From positions 64,867-128,866 of the forward strand of contig JAAAOM010000048.1 in assembly GCA_009908855.1 (NCBI GenBank): DNA of 64,000 nucleotides, written 5' to 3'. The stretch's first letter is position 1. Each line of letters starts with the position of its first letter. The position numbers and the translations under genes are program-made. This document shows, piece by piece, positions 47,055 to 57,495 of the stretch. The notes below the pieces were generated by a model. It saw only the letters and a program-made list of their open reading frames with translations. It was not told the DNA's origin and ran no database searches. This DNA comes from Bacteroidota bacterium. GTDB taxonomy: Bacteria; Bacteroidota; Bacteroidia; Bacteroidales; JAAAOM01.

Positions 47055-48059
47055 ATGGATTCACTTACACAAGCGGTATTGGGTGCCGGGGTGGCCGAAG
47101 CTGTAATTGGCCGCAATATAGGCAACAAAGCCTTGCTAATCGGTGCAATTATCGGCTCTATCCCCGATTTTGATGTTTTTTTCTCTAATTTATACACCGA
47201 GGAAAATGCATTACTCATGCATCGTGGATTTTCACATTCATTATTTTTTTCTTTGTTATTAGCACCATTGCTTGCATTCATTCTAAATAAAATACCGCCT
47301 GCGCAACCTGTCTCTTACAAACAATGGTGGTTCATGTCGTTTCTTGTATTGGTCACCCATCCGTTGCTGGATATGTTAACCGGTTACGGTACCGGCTTTT
47401 TTGAACCCTTTTCCAATCTGCGTATTGAGATTAATAGCGTATCCATTATTGATGTCTTTTACACCCTCCCATTTTTGGTGTTACTCATATCGTTGATGTT
47501 CTTCAGTCGCCAATCCAAAACACGACGGAAACTGGTTATCTGGGCGCTGTCAATCAGTTCAGCTTATCTTATACTAACATTTATTCATAAAGCCATCATC
47601 CACAATCACTTTAAAAACAGTTTTCACACCCAACAAATTGATTTCAGCAGGATGCGTACATCTCCGCTACCGCTGACAAATTTCCTCTGGATGGGCATCG
47701 CCGAAGTTGAAAGTGGATATTATATGGGGTTGTATTCTATTTTTGATGATAATCGTCCTGTTCAGTATCAATATATTCTCAGAAATGATTCACTCATAAA
47801 GCCTTATAGGGAATATGATGCGATACAGAAACTAAAAACTTTTTCAAAAGGGTATTATTCAGTCACCAAAACCAAAGGAGACAGCCTGATTTTTAATGAC
47901 CTCCGCTTTGGTCGTATGGGATTTTCGGAAGATGACCCGTTTATATTTTCGTTTTTATTGAAATGCGATGCTGTCGATTGTACCGTTCATGCCCATGAGG
48001 TGAACAGCCGTAGCTTTTCGTTTGAGACTTTCATACGGCGCATATTCGGTAATACCTGA
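47055..48059 (+). CDS. Membrane-bound metal-dependent hydrolase (YdjM/YbcI, DUF457 family) with a ~150-aa C-terminal extension
   Basis: 334 aa. MDSLTQAVLGAGVAEA...HRGFSHSL is the family N-terminal motif. 4-5 TM helices are followed by a soluble C-terminal region. Confidence 0.72.
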   Translation: MDSLTQAVLGAGVAEAVIGRNIGNKALLIGAIIGSIPDFDVFFSNLYTEENALLMHRGFSHSLFFSLLLAPLLAFILNKIPPAQPVSYKQWWFMSFLVLVTHPLLDMLTGYGTGFFEPFSNLRIEINSVSIIDVFYTLPFLVLLISLMFFSRQSKTRRKLVIWALSISSAYLILTFIHKAIIHNHFKNSFHTQQIDFSRMRTSPLPLTNFLWMGIAEVESGYYMGLYSIFDDNRPVQYQYILRNDSLIKPYREYDAIQKLKTFSKGYYSVTKTKGDSLIFNDLRFGRMGFSEDDPFIFSFLLKCDAVDCTVHAHEVNSRSFSFETFIRRIFGNT

Positions 48060-48189
48060 TTTACCAAAACCATTTTTCAGGTAAAATGCCCACTTGCTGA
48101 AGCAATCTAAATCAATTATTGTCAATAGACCTGTTAATAGCAGCAACACGCTAAAATATTAATCCCTTTATAATTTCTGCAATTCCGAT

Positions 48190-48197
48190 TATCTTTG
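48190..48197 (+). promoter_or_regulatory. Candidate -7 box for the ABC-F gene (TATCTTTG)
   Basis: Perfect TAnnTTTG, 22 nt upstream of the ATG at 48219. Confidence 0.35.
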
Positions 48198-48218
48198 AAC
48201 ACGTAAGATGACAGATAT

Positions 48219-50186
48219 ATGATTTCCATTGACAAATTAACGATACGGTTTGGAGGGGTTCCGCTTTTTTCGGAAATCTCACTATTAATTAATCCGAAAG
48301 ACAGAATAGGCCTGGTGGGTAAAAACGGAGCCGGAAAAACAACCCTTTTAAAAGTTTTATATGGACTACAAAAGTCTGATGAGGGCCAGGTGACCCAACC
48401 CGAAGGAATAACATTGGGATATCTTCCCCAGGAAATGAAACTCAGGGATGAACACAACCTGTATGACGAAGCCTCAAAGGCATTTGATGAAGTTATACAC
48501 CTTGAAAATGAGATTGCCAATCTGAATCAACAAATAACCGAACGTACCGATTATGAATCAGAAGAATACCTGGCATTATGTGATCGGCTGGCCGAAAAAT
48601 CAGACCATCTGCATATTGTTGATGGCGGTAAAAGAAGCGAAAAGATAGAGCAAACCCTTAAAGGACTGGGTTTTCAGCAGAATGATTTTAACAAGCCCAC
48701 ATCAACATTCAGTGGTGGTTGGCGAATGCGCATTGAACTGGCCAAAGTACTGCTCAGGCATCCCAATGTATTGCTGCTCGATGAGCCTACCAATCATTTG
48801 GATATTGAATCGATCCAGTGGCTGGAAGATTTTTTAAAAAACTATCCGGGCGCCGTTGTACTGATATCTCATGATCGTGCATTCCTGGATGCCATTACCA
48901 ATCGAACTGTGGAAATATCCCTGGGTAAAATCTACGATTTTAATGTTCCTTATTCTAAATACGTTGAAGAAAGAAAGATTCAACGCGAGAATCAATTGGC
49001 CACCTATAAAAACCAGCAAAAGAAAATAGAAGATACCCGGGAATTTATTGACCGTTTTCGTTACAAGGCCACCAAAGCCGTTCAGGTTCAATCGCGCATC
49101 AAGCAATTGGAGAAAATGGATGTGGTTGAAGTAGAGGAAGAAGATAAAGCAAGTATCAATATCCGTTTCCCCGATGCACCGCGATCAGGCCGTGAAGTGT
49201 ACAAAGCCAAAAACCTGACCAAAAAGTATGGCGATAAGCTGGTACTCGATGCCATTGATTTTGTGATTGAGCGTGGTGAGAAAATCGCTTTTGTAGGTAA
49301 GAACGGTGAAGGAAAATCCACGCTATCAAAAATTATAACAGGAGAAACCGAACATACCGGCGGAGAAAGTATCCCCGGACATAACGTAAACCTGGGCTAT
49401 TTTGCCCAAAACCAGGATGAACGGCTGAATGAAAATAACACGGTTTTTGAAACCATCGATAAAATTGCCGTGGGCGATGTCCGAACCCGGATCAGAGACA
49501 TACTGGGCGCGTTTCTGTTCAGTGGTGAAGATGTAGACAAAAAGGTAAAAGTACTCTCGGGTGGAGAAAAATCGCGACTGGCCATGGCATCCTTAATGCT
49601 GGAGCCTTATAATTTTCTGGTGCTCGATGAGCCCACCAACCATCTGGATATGCGGTCGAAAGACATACTGAAGCAAGCCCTGCAGAATTACAACGGCTCG
49701 CTGATAATCGTATCGCACGACAGGGATTTTCTGCAAGGACTGACTTCAAAAGTGTACGAATTCAAAAATCATAAAATACATGAAAACATTGGTGATATCA
49801 AAAACTTCCTGGAACGCAAAAAACTTGAACATCTGAAAGACCTGGAGAAAGCTCAACACAAATCCGGAAAAAAACAGGTTGCAGAAGCAAAACAACCTTC
49901 AAACCTGGATTATGAGGAGCGCAGGGCACTGGAACGAGACATTCGGAAAGCAGCAAATAAAGTACGTGAAACGGAAGAAAAGATTGAGAATACCGAAAAA
50001 TCAATCCAAGAATATGAAGCCATTATGGCCCGTCCCGAAAAATTAAATGCCTTGGAAGATCAGGATAAGTTTTATCAGCAATATAATGCGAAAAAAAAGG
50101 AGTTGGAAGAATTCTATAATTCCTGGGAGAAATATACAGAAATCCTGAATGAACTCGAAATTAAAAAGGGATCATCTATTGAATAA
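48219..50186 (+). CDS. ABC-F family ATPase (two ABC cassettes, no TM domain, C-terminal coiled coil)
   Basis: 655 aa with two Walker A motifs (GKNGAGKTT, GKNGEGKST), two signatures (FSGGWRMR, LSGGEKSR), an inter-domain linker and a Lys/Glu-rich C-terminal helix. Confidence 0.93.
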   Translation: MISIDKLTIRFGGVPLFSEISLLINPKDRIGLVGKNGAGKTTLLKVLYGLQKSDEGQVTQPEGITLGYLPQEMKLRDEHNLYDEASKAFDEVIHLENEIANLNQQITERTDYESEEYLALCDRLAEKSDHLHIVDGGKRSEKIEQTLKGLGFQQNDFNKPTSTFSGGWRMRIELAKVLLRHPNVLLLDEPTNHLDIESIQWLEDFLKNYPGAVVLISHDRAFLDAITNRTVEISLGKIYDFNVPYSKYVEERKIQRENQLATYKNQQKKIEDTREFIDRFRYKATKAVQVQSRIKQLEKMDVVEVEEEDKASINIRFPDAPRSGREVYKAKNLTKKYGDKLVLDAIDFVIERGEKIAFVGKNGEGKSTLSKIITGETEHTGGESIPGHNVNLGYFAQNQDERLNENNTVFETIDKIAVGDVRTRIRDILGAFLFSGEDVDKKVKVLSGGEKSRLAMASLMLEPYNFLVLDEPTNHLDMRSKDILKQALQNYNGSLIIVSHDRDFLQGLTSKVYEFKNHKIHENIGDIKNFLERKKLEHLKDLEKAQHKSGKKQVAEAKQPSNLDYEERRALERDIRKAANKVRETEEKIENTEKSIQEYEAIMARPEKLNALEDQDKFYQQYNAKKKELEEFYNSWEKYTEILNELEIKKGSSIE

Positions 50187-51453
50187 GCTTATTAAATATA
50201 TTTTCCTCCTTATCAGTGTATTGCTGTTATTCACCTGCAACACCTCTAAAAAGCTTGTGGAGATCAGGAATATGTCGCGCATATATAATCCCGGCCGGAC
50301 CTATTTACACCCCAGGGTCGATTTCTTCCATGATACCGAAGAACTTTCTGATTTGATTGTTAAACTTTTTCCTGTTGAGTTTTTATACAATGAAGCCAAT
50401 GAAGACCTTCAATTTTTAGCCAGGGTAAAAGTTGAATACAAAATTACCTGGTTGTCAGGTGTAACAGAAGATTATACTGAACCCGATACCGCATCAGTTG
50501 TTTACACGTTTGACAGGAATAAGATGAAAGACCGATTTTATGCCCAAATTCCACTCAAGGCCAAAACTGGCAACCAGTATCATGTTAAAGTAGTTATTAC
50601 CGACCTAAACAGAAAATTTAGCATAACCAACTACTACCGACTCGATAAAAGAAACAAATACTCGCAACAAAATTTCCAGGTTTTTCAGCAGCATGACAAC
50701 TACCTGTTAACATCACCTTATGTAGTCGGCAACAACCTGTTCAGGTTAAAATATGCCCATGATAACCCGGACAGCATTTATGTTAGTTATTATAATTATG
50801 ACGCACCATTGCCTAAAATCTCATCGGCAACACCTGTTTTTAAAAATAAGCCTGACTCAACCTGGAAATGGCCTTATACCGAAAAAATACCATATATGAT
50901 TCCCGATTTGGGATTGTATCATATCCGGATTGACACCAGTCAGTCCGAAGGATTGACGATTTTGAATTTTGGTGAGTTTTATCCCCTGGTAAAACGTCCG
51001 GAAGAAATGATTCCACCCATTCAATATCTAACCAATAATTTTGAGTATCAGAATATCACTCAACATAAAAATGTTAAATTGGCCATTGATAATTTCTGGC
51101 TCAGTAAGGCTGAAAACATTGAACGGGCCAGGGAATTAATACGCATCTATTACAACCGGGTTTATTTTTCCAACTATTACTTCACAAGTACACGAGAAGG
51201 CTGGAAAACCGACCGGGGTATGGTTTATATTATTTATGGTCCGCCCGAGGCTATTTACAAAACAGCTGATAAGGAGGAATGGATTTATTTTCCTGAAAAT
51301 TCACAGGACCCGTTCAGTTATTTTTTCACTTACCACGAATCGCCATTTAGCATGAATGAATATCGATTATCCAGATCGGAAAGTGAAACCGCCGCATGGA
51401 AGGATGCCCTTCAGGCATGGCAAAAAGGAGATATTTTTAAAATCAGTAATTAA
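50149..51453 (+). CDS. GWxTD domain-containing protein (probable lipoprotein)
   Basis: 434 aa with a lipobox-like LLLFTC and the GWKTDRGMVYIIYGPP motif near the C-terminus. The start is uncertain: the ATG at 50149 overlaps the ABC-F gene by 38 nt, and an in-frame TTG at 50179 is an alternative. Confidence 0.78.
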   Translation: MNSKLKRDHLLNKLIKYIFLLISVLLLFTCNTSKKLVEIRNMSRIYNPGRTYLHPRVDFFHDTEELSDLIVKLFPVEFLYNEANEDLQFLARVKVEYKITWLSGVTEDYTEPDTASVVYTFDRNKMKDRFYAQIPLKAKTGNQYHVKVVITDLNRKFSITNYYRLDKRNKYSQQNFQVFQQHDNYLLTSPYVVGNNLFRLKYAHDNPDSIYVSYYNYDAPLPKISSATPVFKNKPDSTWKWPYTEKIPYMIPDLGLYHIRIDTSQSEGLTILNFGEFYPLVKRPEEMIPPIQYLTNNFEYQNITQHKNVKLAIDNFWLSKAENIERARELIRIYYNRVYFSNYYFTSTREGWKTDRGMVYIIYGPPEAIYKTADKEEWIYFPENSQDPFSYFFTYHESPFSMNEYRLSRSESETAAWKDALQAWQKGDIFKISN

Positions 51454-51462
51454 ACAATCAAT

Positions 51463-52215
51463 ATGTATCCACCACGTTCAGGCAAAAAAGATTTTATATT
51501 CGGTATCAGGGCTGTTTTGGAAGCCATTGGACAACATAAGGAAATCGAGAAAATCCTTATTAAAAAAGGCCTGAAAGGTGAGTTGTATGGCGAACTCATA
51601 CAATTGATTCGTGCCAGGGAATTACCGCATCAGTTTGTGCCCGAGGAAAAGATAAATTCCATTACCCGTAAAAATCACCAGGGTATACTGGCTTATGTAT
51701 CTCCCATTGAATATCAGCAGCTGGAGTCGGTTATCCCTATGATCTATGAAAAAGGTGAAAATCCCTTTTTGATCATTCTCGATGGTATTACCGATGTTAG
51801 AAATCTTGGTGCCATTGCCCGTACAGCTGAATGTGCAGGTGTTCATGCCCTGGTTATTCCAACCCGAAAAACAGCGCAAATAAATGCCGATGCGATAAAA
51901 ACCTCAGCAGGTGCCCTTCATAACCTAAACGTTTGCCGGAGTCAAAGTCTCGCCAATACTTGTGAATATCTTGTTCAATCGGGTATTCAACTGATAGCTG
52001 TAACTGAAAAAGGGAATGTGAATTACCCAAAAGCCGATTTATCAGTCCCAACGGCCCTGGTTTTGGGAAGTGAAGATGAAGGAATATCAACCGGTCTATT
52101 AAAGCTGATAGACCAACAGGTTTCCATCCCTGTTTTTGGAGAAATCAATTCATTGAATGTATCCGTGGCCGCGGGTATTTTGATGTACGAAGTAATTCGT
52201 CAACGTGTTGTTTAG
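51463..52215 (+). CDS. rlmB: 23S rRNA (guanosine-2'-O)-methyltransferase RlmB (SpoU/TrmH family)
   Basis: 250 aa with a SpoU substrate-binding N-domain, then DGITDVRNLGAIARTA, LVLGSEDEGIS and SLNVSVAAGI. Confidence 0.9.
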   Translation: MYPPRSGKKDFIFGIRAVLEAIGQHKEIEKILIKKGLKGELYGELIQLIRARELPHQFVPEEKINSITRKNHQGILAYVSPIEYQQLESVIPMIYEKGENPFLIILDGITDVRNLGAIARTAECAGVHALVIPTRKTAQINADAIKTSAGALHNLNVCRSQSLANTCEYLVQSGIQLIAVTEKGNVNYPKADLSVPTALVLGSEDEGISTGLLKLIDQQVSIPVFGEINSLNVSVAAGILMYEVIRQRVV

Positions 52216-52290
52216 AATTAACCAAATTTTAGCAAATCGATTTTTTGTATTTCAATATATCTAAGAAAACAGATATGCGTTAACCAGCAT

Positions 52291-53409
52291 TCAATCTTTT
52301 TTGCCAAAATAAGTGTTCAATAACTTTTTAGCGGCCAAAAATGATGTTTGTTTACCGTCTAATACATCCTTTTCTGCCTTTGCTATCTCACCGGCAATTT
52401 CAGGATGTGCATAAAACCGCTCCCGTAATGTGTTGTGTATGGTTTCATACATCCAGAATTTCGCCTGTTCACTTCTTTTACGATCGAAATAACCATTGTC
52501 CTGTACAAATTGGATGTATTCCATAATCCCTTGCCAGATAAGATCAATACCTTCATTTTGTACAGCAGAACAAGTTAAAACTTTCGGTATCCACCCCGAT
52601 TTGGCAGGAGGAAATAAATGCAAGGCATTTTCATATTCCTGTCGTGCCATTAATGCTTTCTCCTGATTGCCCTTATCACTTTTTGTGATGGCAATCAGAT
52701 CGGCCATTTCCATTATTCCGCGTTTAATGCCCTGCAGCTCATCCCCTGCACCAGCCAATAAAAGCAACAGAAAAAAGTCGACCATCGAATGTACCATTGT
52801 TTCAGATTGCCCGACACCAACCGTTTCTACGAAAATAGTGTTATACCCTGCCGATTCACATAGCAAAATAGTCTCCCTTGTTTTTCGTGCAACACCTCCT
52901 AATGATCCGGCCGATGGTGAAGGCCTGATAAAAACATGCGGATTACCCGACAGCTTTTCCATGCGGGTTTTATCCCCCAGTATACTGCCTTTTGTTTTTT
53001 CACTGCTGGGATCAACTGCCAGCACGGCCAGTTTATTAGCTTGTTGGCTCGTTATATTATTCCCCAATGCTTCAATAAAAGTGCTTTTGCCAACTCCGGG
53101 TACTCCTGTAATTCCCACACGTACAGAATGTCCGCAATGAGGAAGACACTTTTCAATAATTTCCTGTGCCAGGTTGTAATGATCAGGATGAATACTTTCA
53201 ATAAGTGTAATCGCCTGACTTAAAACAGTATGATTACCTTTTATGATGCCTTCTACATAATCATTCACCGATAACTTTTTTCGTTTTCCTTTGAAATTGG
53301 CAATGGCATTTTTATTAATGCTCTCAGGATGCTTAATGCCTTGGTTCACGTGCAATGCGCCTTTTTTTGATTCGTCGTCGTTCATTTTTTTATTTTTTTC
53401 TGAGTGCAA
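52291..53409 (-). CDS. meaB: Methylmalonyl-CoA mutase-associated GTPase MeaB (ArgK)
   Basis: 372 aa with a P-loop (GITGVPGVGKST), ETVGVGQSE and NKSD-like ITKSD. No mutase gene is in the window. Confidence 0.9.
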   Translation of the reverse strand: MHSEKNKKMNDDESKKGALHVNQGIKHPESINKNAIANFKGKRKKLSVNDYVEGIIKGNHTVLSQAITLIESIHPDHYNLAQEIIEKCLPHCGHSVRVGITGVPGVGKSTFIEALGNNITSQQANKLAVLAVDPSSEKTKGSILGDKTRMEKLSGNPHVFIRPSPSAGSLGGVARKTRETILLCESAGYNTIFVETVGVGQSETMVHSMVDFFLLLLLAGAGDELQGIKRGIMEMADLIAITKSDKGNQEKALMARQEYENALHLFPPAKSGWIPKVLTCSAVQNEGIDLIWQGIMEYIQFVQDNGYFDRKRSEQAKFWMYETIHNTLRERFYAHPEIAGEIAKAEKDVLDGKQTSFLAAKKLLNTYFGKKD

Positions 53410-53634
53410 GCACTTTGTGATTGCAAAAAAAATAATTACTTTGTAATTTAGTTATGTATTTAGCGAAGTTATATAAACAATTCTGCTAAAGTTTGAAACA
53501 TGAACGGGATGTTTTTTACCACGACTTTAAATAAGTTTATCAAAATAATCGGATGGTTTACCCGTTTCTTGAAACAAGCGTCGGTATGTAACGTAACCTT
53601 AGATACACAACACATAATTTAAAAAGATGCTCGT

Positions 53635-53760
53635 ATGAAAAAGTTGGTTAAAATTGTAGTTATTCTTGCGGTCTCTGCCTTTATGTTGGTTTCATGCAAC
53701 AAGTATGTATGTCCGGCATATACTCAGGCTGATGACAACAATACTGAACAAAATTCGTAG
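53635..53760 (+). CDS. Small predicted lipoprotein (41 aa), below the ORF-track length cutoff
   Basis: Manual translation gives MKKLVKIVVILAVSAFMLVSCNKYVCPAYTQADDNNTEQNS with a TAG stop at 53758-53760. It has a classical n-region/h-region signal peptide and lipobox (LVSC), then a second Cys in a CPAY context. Confidence 0.4.
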   Translation: MKKLVKIVVILAVSAFMLVSCNKYVCPAYTQADDNNTEQNS

Positions 53761-53913
53761 TTAATTTAATAAACTACCTATTTTTTTGAAGTTGGTCAGT
53801 AGGCGTTCTGATTCAATGCTGAAAGCAAAAAACAGAACACAAGTAAGCTACTTTGTTAAAATATACGGAAAGTCCTACAGGCTGGAAACATAAAAAATTT
53901 AAATGTTTAAATT

Positions 53914-53946
53914 AGTGGTATCTTAGTAAGGTATACCACTTTTTTT
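53914..53946 (+). terminator. Terminator-like hairpin plus U-tract ending exactly at the next start codon (possible attenuator)
   Basis: AGTGGTAT (53914-53921) pairs with ATACCACT (53933-53940) around an 11-nt loop. The T-run 53940-53946 is followed immediately by the ATG at 53947. Confidence 0.35.
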
Positions 53947-54702
53947 ATGTCAAAAAAACGCTATATTCTTCTTCTGCTGGCCGGTTTACCGGTTATACTC
54001 TATGGTCAGGGCGAAATTGATGACCAGGAAACCATTCTCTTTAAAGACGAATCGACCGTTGCCATCCATTTAAATTCAAACGGATTTGGTGCGAATTACC
54101 GTTATGCCAGGCGTCAAAATGCATTTAAAAGTACGGTTTATGATATCGATTTCATTAAAATCAAGCATCCAAAGGAAAAAAAGGTTACCAATATATTTTT
54201 TCAAAATTTTGTTTATGGCCAAATGAATGCTCTTTTCGGCCTGCGCACGGGGCTTGGGTTACAGGAGGAAATATTTTCCAAACGTGATAAAGGCAGCATT
54301 TCTATTCGCTACTTTTATACCGGTGGTCTTTCCATGGGTTTAATAAAACCGGTGTATTATATCATCAATGATTCATTGGTAAGATATGACATAAACACCC
54401 ATCTGGATATTTTGCAGGTAGAAAACAAGGCCTCTTTTTTTAAAGGCATTGACCAACTAAAATTCGTGCCGGGTATACATGCCAAATTTGGTTTCTGCTT
54501 TGAATTCGGAAGCGACAACACCGTTATAAATGCGCTGGAAGGAGGGATAGGTATTGATGTATTCGCCCGACCCATCGAAATCATGGCCACCCATAAAAGC
54601 GTTGCTTATTTTTCATTTATTCTCTCCTATCGGTTTGGTAAAGTTGTCAGCCAGCAATTTAGACGCAGCCGCGGAGCCATTGATAAAGCCGTTGATTTCT
54701 AA
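53947..54702 (+). CDS. Hypothetical secreted / outer-membrane-like protein
   Basis: 251 aa with a signal peptide (MSKKRYILLLLAGLPVILYG) and beta-rich alternating pattern. No family recognised. Confidence 0.5.
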   Translation: MSKKRYILLLLAGLPVILYGQGEIDDQETILFKDESTVAIHLNSNGFGANYRYARRQNAFKSTVYDIDFIKIKHPKEKKVTNIFFQNFVYGQMNALFGLRTGLGLQEEIFSKRDKGSISIRYFYTGGLSMGLIKPVYYIINDSLVRYDINTHLDILQVENKASFFKGIDQLKFVPGIHAKFGFCFEFGSDNTVINALEGGIGIDVFARPIEIMATHKSVAYFSFILSYRFGKVVSQQFRRSRGAIDKAVDF

Positions 54703-54846
54703 CCTTTTGATAAGACAAATAAGCATTCCATATTACTTTGTTAAGTTAATGTTATTTAGAGTCTTTCTATGCTGTACTTACTTTGAGAAATGCCATAAAA
54801 TTATTTATCTTCGCACTTCTTTTAAAGAAATTTATTAATTCAATAA

Positions 54847-55866
<1,020 letters not shown>

Positions 55867-55887
55867 TATTGCATACAATATATTTTT

Positions 55888-55924
55888 AAAGGGTTGAAAA
55901 TCAGATAATTTTCAACCCTTTTTT
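55888..55924 (+). terminator. Strong rho-independent terminator after gap
   Basis: A 14-bp stem (AAAGGGTTGAAAAT / ATTTTCAACCCTTT) with a 6-nt loop and a T-tract. Confidence 0.7.
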
Positions 55925-56379
55925 GTTTAATCTACATTGTGTTTCGGATTCTTATACCAAATATTAATCTAAAAAATGAAAACCATAAATTCCCCATGCA
56001 AAAGTATTTGGGATTCGGGGAAGGGAGACTCTCGCCTTTAAAACAGGAGGCTCAGGGGTGTGTATTATATGAATCAGTATGTTTTATTGCCTTTGGTAAA
56101 AATCTGATATCCGAAAAACACATTTCATTTTCATTCGACAAATAATATAACTATTTCAAACCATCATTATGGTTTTTCGTATAAAAAACACAAATATTTA
56201 ACCCAAAACAGCATATTTTTGTTAAATCGCACCGGATTAATTAATACATCATAACCTGTTCAAACCTTTACAGGTAGTTATTCGCAATATCTTATTAATT
56301 CAGCCTTAGGGGTAGATTGATTGCATATTTAAAAATCAAATTGTAATGAGTCAAAACCAAAACAGGTATATGTGTATAC

Positions 56380-57492
56380 ATGGAAAAGTTTACACTAATG
56401 AAAAGAGATTTGATATTGGATGCATTACGTGGCCTGATGCTAGTTTTAATGACTATCGACCACATGAAGGTACTTGAATTAAGAGAATATACATACCAAA
56501 CTTATGGCTTTTTTACCGCTGCTGATGGTTTTTTCTTTTTATCCGGGTTGGTGTATGGATTGGTATACGCAAAATACAGCGACCAGCCTGTTTTTATTAA
56601 AAAGAAATCATGGAAAAGAGCACTTACCATTTATAAATTTCATATAGCTGTTTGTGTTATTTTTATTGTCGAATCGCTGATTATGCATTTTTATTTCGGA
56701 CAAACCGCCATACGGTCGGTTTCGGAAATTATTCAGCAACCCGTCGAATACGGTATTAAATATCTTATGCTGATTCATAATCCCGGATGGTTTGGTATAT
56801 TGCCCTTATACATAGTGTTTTTAATTATAGCCCCGTTTATTATCAGACAATTCCATAAAGGCAATACCATTTGGGTATTATCCTTTTCATTTATGGTTTG
56901 GGTATTCGTCCAGCTCCCATTCACTAAAAACATGTTCAGTACGCTGGAACAGATGATAGGAACAAAGTTCTCAGGTTTCAATATTTTTGAATGGCAGTTA
57001 ATATTCATAGCCGGTATGTACAATGGCGTGCTAAAAAGGCAAGATAAATTGTTATTCAGCATTAAGCCCCACCGAATAATAGTGGCTGCAAGTATAGCCA
57101 CAGGATGCATATTTCTCAAACACTATTTTGATCCATCCAACAGATTGGTTGATATAATGTTTGGCACAGAGAATTTATCACTGATACGGATTATTAATTT
57201 CTTCAGTTTTGTTTATTTAATTGCCTGGATAAAACAACATTTCAATTTTACCAAAAGGGGATTTCTCGGTTATCTCGGTCAGTACTCATTGGAAGTATAT
57301 GCTTTTCATATTTTGCTAATCACACATTTCAATAATCTGTTCCCGCTCTTTTCGCATAACCTGCTTTTTGTTTACTTGTTCCCGATACTTTTAATTTTGG
57401 CCTTAATAATCCCGGCAGTCGTTGCCGAATATTTTAAAAAAGGAAAACCAATCATTCACATACCGTTCATATTCAGAAAAATAAACCATTAG
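56380..57492 (+). CDS. OpgC-domain / acyltransferase-3-like polytopic membrane protein
   Basis: 370 aa with about 10 TM helices. The N-terminal RDLILDALRGLMLVLMTIDH is typical of the OpgC/acyltransferase_3 superfamily. The true start may be the Met at 56398. Confidence 0.7.
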   Translation: MEKFTLMKRDLILDALRGLMLVLMTIDHMKVLELREYTYQTYGFFTAADGFFFLSGLVYGLVYAKYSDQPVFIKKKSWKRALTIYKFHIAVCVIFIVESLIMHFYFGQTAIRSVSEIIQQPVEYGIKYLMLIHNPGWFGILPLYIVFLIIAPFIIRQFHKGNTIWVLSFSFMVWVFVQLPFTKNMFSTLEQMIGTKFSGFNIFEWQLIFIAGMYNGVLKRQDKLLFSIKPHRIIVAASIATGCIFLKHYFDPSNRLVDIMFGTENLSLIRIINFFSFVYLIAWIKQHFNFTKRGFLGYLGQYSLEVYAFHILLITHFNNLFPLFSHNLLFVYLFPILLILALIIPAVVAEYFKKGKPIIHIPFIFRKINH

Positions 57493-57495
57493 TCA

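Noticed and set aside
52667-53140. Long antisense ORFs inside well-supported genes: 52667-53140 versus meaB, 17078-17539 and 15181-15648 versus the permeases, 36176-36637 versus the BACON lipoprotein, 30837-31274 versus rluD, 27072-27392 versus amt.
   Set aside because: The translations are low-complexity or compositionally odd (Ser/Pro/Thr/Ile-rich) and show no motifs. The opposite strand carries clear family signatures. These are typical shadow ORFs.
55939-56145. A 68-aa ORF (MFRILIPNINLKNENHKF...) in the long spacer after gap.
   Set aside because: It starts inside or just after the gap terminator. It has no promoter box, no recognisable motif and an unprotein-like composition. It also spans the G-rich patch, which is better explained as non-coding.
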